DNA of 62,492 nt, filler included, from Choristocarpus tenellus KU-1152 (Eukaryota > Protista > Phaeophyceae), in the NCBI GenBank assembly GCA_964200185.2. It is 11 parts of 11 records of this genome, joined end to end, with 100 filler letters (N's around TTAATTAATTAA, not from the genome) between each part and the next. Parts side by side here need not be neighbours in the genome. Positions count along the whole stretch, not along the records: positions 1 to 7,042 come from CAXNAD020006800.1; positions 7,143 to 14,958 come from CAXNAD020005544.1; 9 more parts are not named here. One strand, given 5' to 3'. Positions 1 through 12,160 of this stretch are shown here, piece by piece (the first letter of the stretch is position 1; each line of letters starts with the position of its first letter). Both the position numbers and the translations under genes were made by a program. Under the pieces are notes generated by a model that did not search any database, was not told the DNA's origin, and was given only the letters and a program-made list of their open reading frames with translations.

Positions 1-269
1 TTAGCGTACCTGCGCACCATCGCCTCATGGCAATGACCCAGCTGATGATGCATTTGATTAATGTAAACCCATCCTCATAGTCCCGCGCCTTCCTCAATTT
101 TGAGATTCCCCTGTTATTTATAGCATTTCAACAACATGAGGAAAGGAAGAACAGAACAGATTTGTAGGTTGAATTTGTTTTGCCATTTCGATTATGACGT
201 TATCAAAAAAATCTAGTAGGGGTAACAAAATACTATGTATTACGCACTACATAATGACGCAACCAACAA

Positions 270-902
270 TAGTTTTCATTGGTTTCCCCTCTGACACATC
301 TGCAAAATGTTAGAGGGAATAATAATAAAAATGAGAATGGATTTCGAAAAAAAGAAGGAATGTCATACTGATTTGGGAATATATTTCGGAATTGTTCGAC
401 GTCAGATACTATCAAGTAAGTCAGTCCTCTTACGTACTCCAACATTGATATTAGTATATTAGTACCCTTTATACAAGATTATTCTATATCCAGGGATATT
501 GTTGGTGATGTAAATGTGTAAGGTGTCATCAAGCAAACAATATAATAAGAGTGACATATCAGATGGTATCATAATAGAATATATAATAACAATTATGGTC
601 GTAATATTTTGAAGATGAGTCATAAAAAAATAGTAAATTTGAAAATGGGGAAGAAAACGTTTACCGTTATCGGTAATTTCAGATTTAAATATATAGTTTT
701 CATTGGTTTCCCCCTGACACATCTGCAAAATGTCAGAGGGAATAATAATAAAAATATATAAATATATATACAAATAAGCATCTTTTTTTAGATGTAAATT
801 CCATAATGACATCAGCGATTTTTTTCGGTTAGGTGAGGTTACATAATATTATTATTATTATGCCCTCTGACATTTTGCAGATGTGTCAGGGGGAAGAAAT
901 AT
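270..902. repeat. ~60-bp hairpin-containing motif, two direct copies (270, 694) and one inverted copy (846-902)
   Basis: TTGGTTTCCCC(T)CTGACACATCTGCAAAATGTCAGAGGGAATAATAATAA and its reverse complement. Confidence 0.8.
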
Positions 903-1354
903 TTTTGTTTGATGGACATCGTTTAGATGTGTCAAGGAAAAACCAAGATAAGTATATTAGAAGATGTATTGTAAATGACTCGATAGGAAGCAACATCAAC
1001 CATATCAACTGTATCACTCCCTCACAAAATACCTAATTTCGGAACTTTGTTCCTAACCGATCTTGAACACGAATAATCAAAGCAACAATGTGTAGTACGT
1101 ATTCACTTCAATCTAGGAAGTGGGCAACGTCACACAATTTATATGCATCATCACTTTATTGAACCCAGCAGCCCATACAGGACCAAAATTAGATGATAAA
1201 AATAATAGAAATGCAATTCCACGCACGCACAACCATGACTACCTCACCCCTCTCCTGCACAACATATTATCAAGAACAAGGTCTGAACTCGTTGTTAATA
1301 CCTAAACACCCTACCTAGCACAAGGAAAGGAGGGGCGACCAAGACCCCTAAAGT

Positions 1355-2167
1355 ATGGTGTGCGCCGAACTAAAGAGACGTAACGAGGAAGCTTGCGTTC
1401 TGCGCCGAACATCCTCCTGTAGCAGCAACAACAGTCTTACCGACGCCACTGAATACGCCCCACACATGGCCACCAAGAAGAATGTTACCTTGCAAATGCC
1501 GGATCCACAGTGCGTACTTCCGGTGGACATGCCGACAGTGCATTATGTAGATCCCAGGAATGAGGTGGAGGACGAAGATTTTGGCTGGTTCTCTGATACA
1601 GGCGACACAGATGGCTTGTCTGATACCGATGGGGATGTCCCCCCTCCGCCTACAAGCGTTGAAAATGTGCAACAACGCCATAGGGACAGTATCGAGGGAA
1701 AGGAAGCTTGCTCTGTGGCTGTGACTGGCGCCGAGGTGGAGTTTCGTGCACACAACAGAAAGTTTGCCCTCTCAACGAAGTGCTTTTACGAGGATGAGAT
1801 TGCTATCTCCGCTACCACATGGACTTGGGGTATTGGGGGTTTCAGAATTGTTAAATCGAAGCAAGGGAGGTATGCTGATTTCCAGATCGTTGCTTCGTAT
1901 GGAGGAAGACTGAGCTGGTCCGTGTGGAAGCGTTTCAGTGACTTTTCCGCCTTCGCGGGGCGCATCCAGTCTGTTGGATCGAGATCGGGAAAGACTGCAG
2001 CCTCATGGGGGCGGGTGAGGCGGGGGCAGAAGATTTTCCGGTGTCTGGACCCAGTCTACCTGAAGTCGAAGTGCATCCTGCTGGAGGATTTCGTACGCCA
2101 CGCCTTGTTCGAAACGACAGACCCTTCTGTACTGATTGCTTTTGTGACTCAAGAACGGAGATATTGA
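1355..2167 (+). CDS. PX (Phox homology) domain-containing protein, single exon, acidic low-complexity N-terminus
   Basis: 270-aa uninterrupted GC-richer ORF. The C-terminal YADFQIV...SWSVWKRFSDFSAF...LKSKCILLEDFVRHAL matches the PX pattern (W-x-V-x-R/K-R-F/Y-S-D-F ... L-E-x-F/Y-L/V). Confidence 0.75.
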   Translation: MVCAELKRRNEEACVLRRTSSCSSNNSLTDATEYAPHMATKKNVTLQMPDPQCVLPVDMPTVHYVDPRNEVEDEDFGWFSDTGDTDGLSDTDGDVPPPPTSVENVQQRHRDSIEGKEACSVAVTGAEVEFRAHNRKFALSTKCFYEDEIAISATTWTWGIGGFRIVKSKQGRYADFQIVASYGGRLSWSVWKRFSDFSAFAGRIQSVGSRSGKTAASWGRVRRGQKIFRCLDPVYLKSKCILLEDFVRHALFETTDPSVLIAFVTQERRY

Positions 2168-4415
2168 GTGTTTAAGGTGTGTTGGCTGATTTTGGTCTGC
2201 GAGTGGATCCCTCTATTTTCTCGACCTATTGCCTTCTTACCTCTATTATCTTCGGAAGGGAAACCTGGGGAGTGGGTTGTTTAATGTCATTTAACCATGT
2301 TCTTGTATATAGTATTGTAGTAAACCCTTGCTTTCGGTGTTGATGAGTTCGCCTTAGTTGCATCTGTAGATAGGTGGGAGGAGATGGGAGTCAGGAAAAT
2401 AGCACAATAAGAGCAGCACAGTCCAAGGTCTGTCAAGGGGGTATTGGCGCTCCCGTTTGTGCCGTGAATTTGTTGGCAGAGCCTCTCATAATTTCTGAGT
2501 CCATATTTATGGAACCCTTTATTCTTCACTTCAGTGAAGTTGTGGGGATGAGAGATGGGCATCAAATCCGACCGTCAGGTTGGTCCACTTCAAACTTAGA
2601 GTGCAATGTAGCACGCAACAGTCCTCTTAGAGGAGAGGGCTTCCGTTTTGGTTTGTAGTCTAGATCTGCGCAGGGGACACACAGGGGAAACCCACTCCTG
2701 CTGCTGTGAAAGGTAGACTGGTTTTACTTCTAAGTGTTGCAATTCAACTAGTCGCTAGTATTTTCATGTGTAGTATCCGGTGTGTATTGTACTGTCGTGG
2801 CTTTGCCACATGACAATTATGTGTGTGATGCTTTTGTCTATTTTTTGTTTTGTTGAATTGTGTCTAATGCTACCCTGTGACCTGGCTAGTGTTGAGGATA
2901 AAATGAATGGGAAACTGTAATCACACAGGGTTATCTTTTTATTATTATAACACAGGTGGGGTGCAGTGCCCTTTTGGCAAGCAGAAGTAATATTAATATT
3001 AGAAGAAAAATAAATAACCTCATTGGTTCATTCTTTCTTCTTGAATTGATTGCATTCTGCTGTTTGATTTGCTTCACTACTCAAGAAACAAACGACATAA
3101 ACGTAAAGCCAATCAATCACCATTTGCACAAACACATGATATGGTATGCTTGTAGATTTGTCAAAACTTGGAGCCCACGGCATGCAACAACCCATCCTGT
3201 CCCCTTGTTAATATCTTTGGGTTACCACTGCCACCACAAATACATGATCTCTCTCTATCATCTCCCATCTAACATTTACTCACAATGGACACTTCTTACT
3301 GGTGAAGTGAGGATTGAAAATGGGTTTCAAGTTTGCAATGTAAAGACGAAAAATATCCACTCACCTTGGTTATCACACTGGCATCCCTTCACTACAAGCA
3401 ACTTGCAACATGGCGAGCATGGGTTGGTCTGGAGCTCTATTCTAGTCTCTACAACAAGCTCAGTATGTTGTACTAACCTTTGAACAATATGCCATTACGT
3501 AATAGAGTGTGAGCTTAGGTCTTGACTGTATTGGAGTAAGTGAAGCAATAGAAATCTATATGAAAATTTTATTTTGTAGGCTACAACTATGTAGAGGTAC
3601 ACGGGCCGCACACAACTCGTATTATCAGACAGTGAATATATTGAAAAGGTCATCATGAACCTTAGGTTTCCATACGTACAGAACTCAAAATTGGAAGGGT
3701 TATCAGATAACACATTAGTAATGGAAATGCACAGTGCTGACTCTTTCGACACTGAACTTTGAGAGAGCACAATCTATGGATTAACGTGATGATTTAATCA
3801 TGTTACAACTCACGTTTACATAAAAAAAGAAAAAGTCAAGAAAAAATAAAGTATTTGAATTTGGGAGAAGGCAATTGCAACCACCCCAACATACTTAGAG
3901 CTGTGCTTTTTTTTCTGTGGCTAACATCTCCTTATGCTCCCCAGAAGATCAAGTCTTAGCATGCCTAGGTGGAGTAACTTGCCCAATTATTGTGAAAGTC
4001 AACAATTCTATTCAACCACTAACAGAACTCTTCCCTCTCCTCCAGCACTATTTTTGGAGTTGAACCAAGCACTTTAGAAGCGGCTTTCAGAAGGGACAGG
4101 GGGACTGCAGAAATACTGGACTGCCCCTGAATTATTTCTATCAAATATAATGATCCATCCACCCACAACTCTATAGACCTTTTGCCACGGAAGAGGCACA
4201 CAGCAAAAGCTGGTCTGGTTGTTTCCAGCGCGAGCATTAGTCATCAACACCCCAATCTGTAACAACTTTACAAAGACTAAAGAGAAAGGGAGAGGGTGAA
4301 AGGTGAGGATAAAGATAAAGTGTACCTGGTGTACATATTGCTCAAAAACACTTCACTACGTACTATTTATTTGCCACAGCGTACCTTCCCCCCTAACAGC
4401 TCCTAATGGAGACAC

Positions 4416-6650
4416 CTACTTGCTGGGGTTCACAGTACACGGCACGAACAGGTCAATATACTCAAATTCCTCTTGTCCATCACTCTGCCCTGCGGTAGAC
4501 CCACTACTCCTCCATCTTCCCACCTTACTCACACCATCATTACCTGAGATCTCACTCATGGTCGAGATAACTGCTTCGTCCAATAATTGTCCCTTATTCA
4601 ACCTCCCAGTTTCCCCTGACTCCCTCCCCATGCCTCCACTATCTTCAAATGTCACCTTCCCCTCCCTCCAACCACCTGGTCTGATTCGAGCCCACACTCT
4701 CTGCACCTGACCCCCCTCAAGAGCCTGTTTAGCGAGTTTTGGTCCCACCTCCCAAGCAGCAGACAAGAGACCCCTATCATAGAGGGCGTCTGCTATTGCC
4801 TTTGATACACTGTGTGCTGGTTCTGCCCTCATATCCTCCTCCACCCCCCCTCCCCCTCCCCCTGCCCCGCCATACACTCCTTTGATTTTGTTCCCCCTAG
4901 TGCTTGCACCTGCTCCAGCCGCTGTTGTGACTGCCCCAAACGCTATCTCCTCATTCTTTCCATCAGAGGAGATCAAAGGCTCGATAAGCGTGATCCCCAA
5001 GGAACTGAGGGCGGTGTGGACAGATGAGGGCTTGGCGCTGATAGCTGCACCTTCTTGTCTCTAGACATTGCGCCAGGATTGCAACAGGGCGGGGTAGGGT
5101 GGGGTGGGGGTGAAACTAGGAGGTGAGAAGCATGGGAGCTAAGCAAGCGTGGTAAGGATTCTGAACAGAGAAGAGAGTGTAAGGGATGTAGAGTACGGGA
5201 AAGAAGGAGAGCGAAGAAGCCAGGACATTTGTGTCCTTGTGTGTGATGATTTGTGTCCAACTTGTTTATTCTCCATGCTGCTCTGGGGTTGCTTCTATCT
5301 TTTGAAGACCTTTGTTAATTTACATCATTGTGCTTGTGAATTGCACAGCAAAAGAGAGGGTATCATGCTAGCGGGATAAGCCAGCCAGGGAAGTGCTTGA
5401 ACTAAGGTAAATCACACCTTGGGATTACTGCCCCACTGCAACTGCACACATCCACCCTCACTCATGTATCACCACCTCAACATCTAGCCCTCTTTTTTTC
5501 TTACCTCTGCAGGAGCAATCACCAGTGTTGCATTCGGGAGGTGTTGCCACAACTTGCTCTCCATGGTGAGCCCTAGCTCCTCCTCCAGATTGCCAGAGGC
5601 AACCACCACAACGCGCAGAACAGTTGGAGGCAGCTTGCACACGAAAGCCTCTAGTTTGGAGACCCCAGTCTGACCCTCCACCTTCAAAGAAATTGTGGGG
5701 GAGGGGGGATGAGAGAGTAAAGTTGGGAGCGCTACTCTTACAGATTAATTTCCACCTGTCTCTACTGCAACGCACACAGTAATTGGTAGTGCAATGAACA
5801 TGGTGCACTCCAAAGTAGAGTTAAGAAATATTCACATATTTATGCATTTGGGGTATCAGTGTTCTAGGAGAAAAGAAACAAGCAGCTGATATACTATGTT
5901 GAAGGGAGAAGAGACGCATTCTTTTGCAGCAGCATCAGCAGGTATATAGAGGTATCTGTAATTCCCCCCCCCCCCCCCCCACCCTTGAACCCTTTCCAGT
6001 GTGGGGGGTTTCTCCGGGTCATTTGGTTTCTGCGTTTGATATTATTACCATTTCACTCTGGGGCCCGATAGGGAAATTCAGCCCTGAGCACATTCCCCTA
6101 TCACTACTGTGTTGAACACTTAATGGCTTCTTCAAAGCACAGGTAGATGTCAATATGACTGTTCTAAGCTATAGAAAGGTAATCATGGTATATATATACC
6201 ATGTACTAGTAAATACCAAAAGTATGACACACACTGGAAAAAAGGAGGCATTGATACCAAAAGCTGTATGCGCACGCGCGGGTGCAGACATATCCAGTTC
6301 CACCAACACAAAACCTTCAGGATTTCTACTCCCACAGTAACACTACACAAAATATTCTTGGCATTACCAAATGCACCAGACCAAGGGTTACTCACCACTA
6401 CAGCATCATGGAGCGCAAAATTGCGGCAGGCGGGGGGGGCAATGGAATCCCTCTCGTGGGAGATGTCCTCGAAGAACAAAAGAGATGAGGGTGGTGAATA
6501 ACCTAGTGAACAATGGAGGACTCCATAGCACGACTTTAGAGGAAGGAGAGATGCCGTCAGTGATTTCCTTACTTCTATTTTGGCGGGGAGGATGTTGAGA
6601 AAGGCAAGTCTTGGGGTGGATTGAGTGGAGCCTGAAGAGGGCACTAGCGT
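4416..6650 (-). CDS. Divergent RibD/PyrR-like pyrimidine reductase-domain protein; exons 6650-6315, 5681-5505, 5060-4416; 5' end probably missing
   Basis: Three phase-0 GT-AG-bounded exons (336, 177, 645 nt) join in frame. Segments YGVLHCSLG, HDAVVVS, LRVVVV and ALYDRGLLSAAWEVGPKLAKQALEGGQVQRVWARIRP fall in the order of RibD reductase motifs (cf. ...SIWVEAGPTLAGALLQAGLVDELIVYIAP). Confidence 0.5.
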
Positions 6651-7042
6651 CTGTTCAGTTTACACAAGGTTTACCTATCCTTTGAAGGCGTTCGAGCATG
6701 GAATTCTCATGCGTGTAAATGTAATGCACTTAATGTGTGGTGAGCTGGAGTCGGTCCCATTGGTCGTGACAGATATGGACATCGTTGCTATCGTTCAAAG
6801 ATAGTTGCAGGGGATAGACTATTTGTCATTTTCACTGCACCGGTTCAGGGAGAGTGAAGGATACAACCATTAGAATAGGAAAAAATGATCCACGAAAAAT
6901 TTGATCCAAGCTTCGAGGAGTTGTACATCACTTGAGTAAAACCCTACCCTAAACCTAACTCCTTACGTTGAGGAAGGAGAAGGTGTTAAATTATCATATG
7001 ATAGGACAGGATTGAAGTACAAGCTATGTGCAGTAAGGGGGG

Positions 7043-7142
7043 NNNNNNNNNNNNNNNNNNNNNNNNNNNNNNNNNNNNNNNNNNNNTTAATTAATTAANN
7101 NNNNNNNNNNNNNNNNNNNNNNNNNNNNNNNNNNNNNNNNNN
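7043..7142. other. Artificial contig linker; also at 14959, 18085, 21826, 27837, 31859, 36293, 39463, 48237 and 59125 (each 100 bp)
   Basis: Identical 44N-TTAATTAATTAA-44N with stops in all six frames. Confidence 0.98.
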
Positions 7143-7252
7143 TGTGTTTTTTTGTGGTGTGGGTGGAGGGGGGGGGGGGGGGGGGGGGGGGGAGTATTGT
7201 GAACTGCTTATCATTGAAGCGTAAGCCTTACATGGAAATTGTTGGGGATCAG

Positions 7253-8512
7253 GTGTGTACTACTTGGGAGGTTGACTCGGATGGTGAACGGCCTGAGACA
7301 GTCACATCCATGAAGGAAGTACTGGGTGCGTTGGAGGGGAGGGAGGATGGAGGGGAAGGATCTGGACGGGTACAGCTCCTTGATGCACGATCCACCGAGC
7401 AATTCAAGGGTAGGTGAACACAAAGGTGACAGTTTCAAAACTGTTAATGGTTGTGGGATTGTGCAGCACAGTAACACCCTTAAAATTCTTGCCTTAGCAA
7501 TTGCAGAGGAAAGCAGTGCATGTGTGTATTGAGTTCTGAAGTCGAAATCGGATCTGCAACTACTATGTATGGTTGTACTAAACACTGCCAGCAAAGATGA
7601 ACTCCTTCACCTAGGCATGTACCTTCCTATGTATCTCTTTGACCTTGTGTGCAGCCTTCTCTCGGGGTCTTGAGGGTTGTGTTCTAGTGAAGCGTTTATC
7701 TTGGCTGCATTTCCGCGCCGTCATAGTGGTGCACATGACTCATATCCCATTTTTTTTATCTGCACACAATTTATCGCTTCAGGTGGACATATTTGGGATT
7801 GTAAGTTTCAGTGTTGTGTTATGTAGTAGTAGTATGATAGGTAGTATTTTTAATAGGGAGATCAGTTTTTGTTAAACTATTCGCTGAGTAAGAGTATCTT
7901 GGAGGGGACGAATTTTTACCTGTTTGTCCATTTGGGGCTTGGCTTCTCATGGGGTTTTAATGCCATTTGGCCTACTCCAAAACGTTTCAGAGTAGATAAA
8001 ATGTATACATGATGAGAAGGTGTGTCCGGAACAAGGATACTGACATCACCTAACAAACAAGATAGCCAAAATTACATCAAAATTGCAACATTGGATTTTG
8101 GACCCCAAATGGACGCAGCATTACCCTGTAAGATACTTTTGACTCTGCTGTAGAACTATTGATGTATATATGCCTTGCAGAGAAATGTTATTTTGCTTGC
8201 ACCTGCTGGTAAAACTGCAAGGTACTGCTCATAGCAGCGCCAAAACCAGAAGCAGTGACAGTGGTGGGGACTGATGGCAGAAGCTGAGCCATGTTCAACT
8301 TCAGTAGCAGAGATGGTCTCCTGGTTTGGATGTGCTTTTTGGCTGTGTTCATCTCATTTCCTCTCCCCTCTGACATATCAGGTGAGGTGAGGCGTGCAAG
8401 GAAGGGGGGACATATACCAGGGGCCCTTAGCACACCATACCGCAGTCTCCTTCAGGAGGGAGGAGCGCCAGGGGGATTCAGAGTCCTGAAAGGTCTGCAG
8501 GGTATCAGGGAG

Positions 8513-8557
<45 letters not shown>

Positions 8558-10200
8558 CGTGTGATGATTTCTAAATATACCAACTGGTTGTCAGCCATGG
8601 AGGGAGGCCCTCCCTTTTCAATTTCAAGAGGAGGATTGTGTTTGTTGTAGAAGCACTCTCCTGATTATAACATCACAGTCATAGGGGAAAATGTGCCCTA
8701 ATGCTTTGCTTCAGTAGAGAGACGATCTCTGATTAAGATTCTGACTGCTGAAGCAACACACTTCTGAATAGTGTTTTTACTTCTTGACCAGATATCTGGT
8801 TATTGGGATCAACAAAATGGAACACCAATATTTCAGGTCACATCAAACAAAGCACAGAGTATCATCGTTTGTTTTTCTAGGAGTGTCAACATGAAAGTTT
8901 TTGTTCCATTTTCATAAATCTCCTGAGATGCGACTGAAAATGAATCCTGACACAGCAGTTTTCTCACAGTAAAGTTCACGAGAGAGTCAAAAGTATCTTA
9001 GAGGGCAGAGTCGCATCCATTTGGGGGCCGTAATCCCATGTTGCAACTTTGATGTAATTTTGGCTATCATGTTTGTTAGGACATGTCAATATCCTTGTTC
9101 CGGACACACCTTTTCATAACGTATACATTTTACCTACTCCGAAATATTTTGGAGCAGGTAATATGTTACGAAGAACCCGTCTGAAGCCAAGCCCCAAATT
9201 GACAAACAGGGAAAAACTCGTACCCTCTAAGATACTTTCACTCAGACTTTTCAACGGGTCGTTGGTTGACCAGAAAAGCAGACTGGAGTGGTGCAGCAGG
9301 TCGCCTGTTGGGTGGTTACGATCTCTTACTTCCCTGGACCAACCCTGTTTTTGTAAATCAGATTTCAATGAGGCTGGCCGACATCCCGCTCTGGTTGAAA
9401 TATCTGAACCCTGGACCAATTCGGTTCAGCCATGTTTCACCATAGCTGGCCTGTGGTCTCGTATATCCGGTACATGTAACCTTAGACCAGTCCTGTTGAA
9501 TTTTTTTTGCACAGGCACTCTGTTTTGATATCACTACTGTCCTGTGCTAGAGGCACCAACTTGAGGTCTGTAGTTTCAGCTATCTTGCACAGGCTCTTTT
9601 TTCCTATTACATTGTAGAGACTCGAACATTGGGGGGCATCAGGATGGTACGTTTTATTGAATCTTTACTTCTGTATGTTTTTATGTGATGAATCTCAGTT
9701 GGTCAACATCCAATGCTGAGGGGAAAAGATACGAACAATGTTTGATCCAATGTATTTCCTCACAAGCGAGATAGACTGTTTGATGGAGGTGATACGTTCT
9801 GATGGGATACAACCTTCAACCCACATACAAATTTCTTTCTGTACCCAATATATTGAACCACTCTTGCGCTCAGCGTCTATGGTACACAGTTAATGTTCTA
9901 CGTAACTCTTCTCCTCCCCTCCATGTTCGGATGACTACGGGCACCATTATAGTCCTTCTCTATTGTCCGTTTTGTTGATCGCTTTTTCCGCATTGTTGTA
10001 TATCTTCTCAGGCATTTGTCTCCGCAGGTGTAGAGTTATCATCCACAGCCCCACACACAATTGCCTACTGCAATGGGGGGGTGGCTAGCACGCTCATACT
10101 CTTTGGACTATTTCAGCTTGGCATCGAGAACAGTTGGGCCAACTATGATGGCAGCTGGAACGAATGGGGGAACCACGACGAGACTCCCGTCGAACAATGA
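7253..10200 (+). CDS. Thiosulfate/3-mercaptopyruvate sulfurtransferase (rhodanese), C-terminal half; exons ~7253-7409, 8382-8512, 10012-10200
   Basis: Spliced product reads ...VQLLDARSTEQFKG|EVRRARKGGHIPGALSTPY...GIRE|AFVSAGVELSSTAPHTIAYCNGGVASTLILFGLFQLGIENSWANYDGSWNEWGNHDETPVEQ*. It has the DAR, GHIPGA, active-site Cys loop and YDGSWxEW rhodanese signatures. Exon 1 acceptor is uncertain. Confidence 0.9.
7886..8145 (+). mobile_element. MITE family A (~260 bp, Sola-like), in sulfurtransferase intron
   Basis: TIRs GAGTAAGAGTATCTT...AAGATACTTTTGACTC; flanks CGCT/TGCT (4-bp TSD with C>T). Confidence 0.85.
8984..9243 (-). mobile_element. MITE family A
   Basis: TIRs GAGTCAAAAGTATCTTAGAGGG...CCCTCTAAGATACTTTCACTC; apparent 3-bp AGA duplication. 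Confidence 0.85.
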
Positions 10201-12160
10201 AACTGCGATGAAACTGTGATGAATATATTTGTGCTATTTGCTTGATTATTGTGAGAGAGACCTATCGCTGTTGACCTGTTCCTGTGGTCAAGGTCATTTA
10301 AATTGTTACGTTGAAAGGCCTTGTTTTGGGTCAGGAAGACCACAGTGATATATCCCTCCCCTTCTTTTCCTATTTTTGGAACATTGGCGTAAGAACAGTC
10401 AGCTGGTTTGGTGTCCATGTTGCCTTCACTACAGAACCAGCCCCTTTGTACAGGGTTGGGTATTTATGACTGAATCAAATTTAGCAACCCTCAAGTACAG
10501 TTTAGGCTCTGGAAACAAGGAAAAATCAAGGACAATTGGGGAAAATGTCACCAAAGAGGATATATAGAGTTACAACCAGAATCATGCCAGTGAACAAAAT
10601 GAAAAAGGGAACGTGAGAGTGGTGGGATGGTGATGAAAAGTCTTGGTCTCTCATCAAAGCAGAACGGAGCAGTCAGGTGAAGGCTGATGATAGAGACAAA
10701 AAGGAAACTGGGAAGATTGAAATGACTTACCTAACATTACAGACATACAGAACCTTGTTGCAGCTGACCTTTAGTATTGTAGGAGGTGAAACAGACTAAG
10801 TCTTGAGAGTCTAACAACCCTGAGTTACACGTAAGTTCTTCGTTTAGTGTTTTGAAATCCGACCAATCACTTTTGTGTGGTACAAATCGCATCATCTCCT
10901 ATCTACCATATGTTTGGTATCGTACCATATATAGACATGACAAAAATATTTGATACTCTATAATCACAGGTAATAATCGCAAAATTTATTACACACCTGC
11001 CAACCCTGTCTTCACATATACAAGCCTGTTTCGACTTCAAGACGCAATATGGAGGTGGGACTGTTGGGTGATTATTGGGTTGTGTGGGGTTTTGCTTTTG
11101 ATGATGCAACAATTGGGACAGTTTCACCAGTTGGAACATTGTAGACTGCCATATAAGTTTGTACTCCTGGATTGCATTGAACTCCCTTCTAAAGTCGTGC
11201 TAAAACAAGGGTGTATCAAGTATGCCATTGCCCACCACTGTCCAAACATAGGGTGTGCACAAATGAATACCAGGGCTAGCCACAGGATTGTGAAGTGGAG
11301 TGAACAAAGTATGAGTGTGGTCTCTTTCTCTATCATGTTGCAGTCAAGAACCCAAAGATGTTGACCAGTGAGTGCTATGAAGCACTAGAGAAAGTACAGG
11401 ATCAGTACATATCCTGCTGTTGACCACTTGCCAGTGATACAATGTGACAGGAGAAGAGACCATACATATATCTTGAATGGTCAAGGTTGATAAGGGACAA
11501 ACATTGCAAACTACGAGCACTACTATGCTTAATAGATTCTGATGTGATGACTCCAATCTCCCAACCATAACATACACACCTTCAAACAAAACAGAAGAAA
11601 AATATGTTGCTCATGACATTCTTAGCAACACTTTTGCCCCAAATAATGTCTAAATAAACCCATGAGAATGTAATTTGACACAAGAAGAGGTGCTTTCTCG
11701 TCTAGATTTGTCTCCTGTAGATGACGTCCTTCGTAACTTCATGATACCTAGAAATGTCAGTGTTTATATTCTGTTGAAAAAAGATGGGAAACATTACTCT
11801 GATGGGATCACTTATGTATGGATTTTTTCATTCTTAGGCATCAAGAATTGTTCTGATTTTGTCTTACTGTGATATCTGTAAGCCAGGTGAACAAGACCCA
11901 CTCAGAATGAAATAGGTACTTTAAACACAAGTCAGAATCGACACATTCACATCCTCGGAATCCGCGTAAGAGTTTTCATTTTTTCGAAGTGGTGAAGTTA
12001 ACCCAGTTGACTCCAAGGTGATCTACTTCTTAAGGTGAAACATGAAACTAGCACCTAATTCGATACTCTTGTTGGAAGCACACTTTGCAGTGGGTACAAC
12101 CATATTGCTTTGGTGAGATTTGCCACTGTTGTAACCGTACTGACCCCTTCCACAACAATC

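Noticed and set aside
9073-9528. Recurring ORFs containing 'LVPSKILSL' or 'VPDTPFHN' (also 19078, 25059, 39567, 51104)
   Set aside because: They are chance translations of MITE family A.
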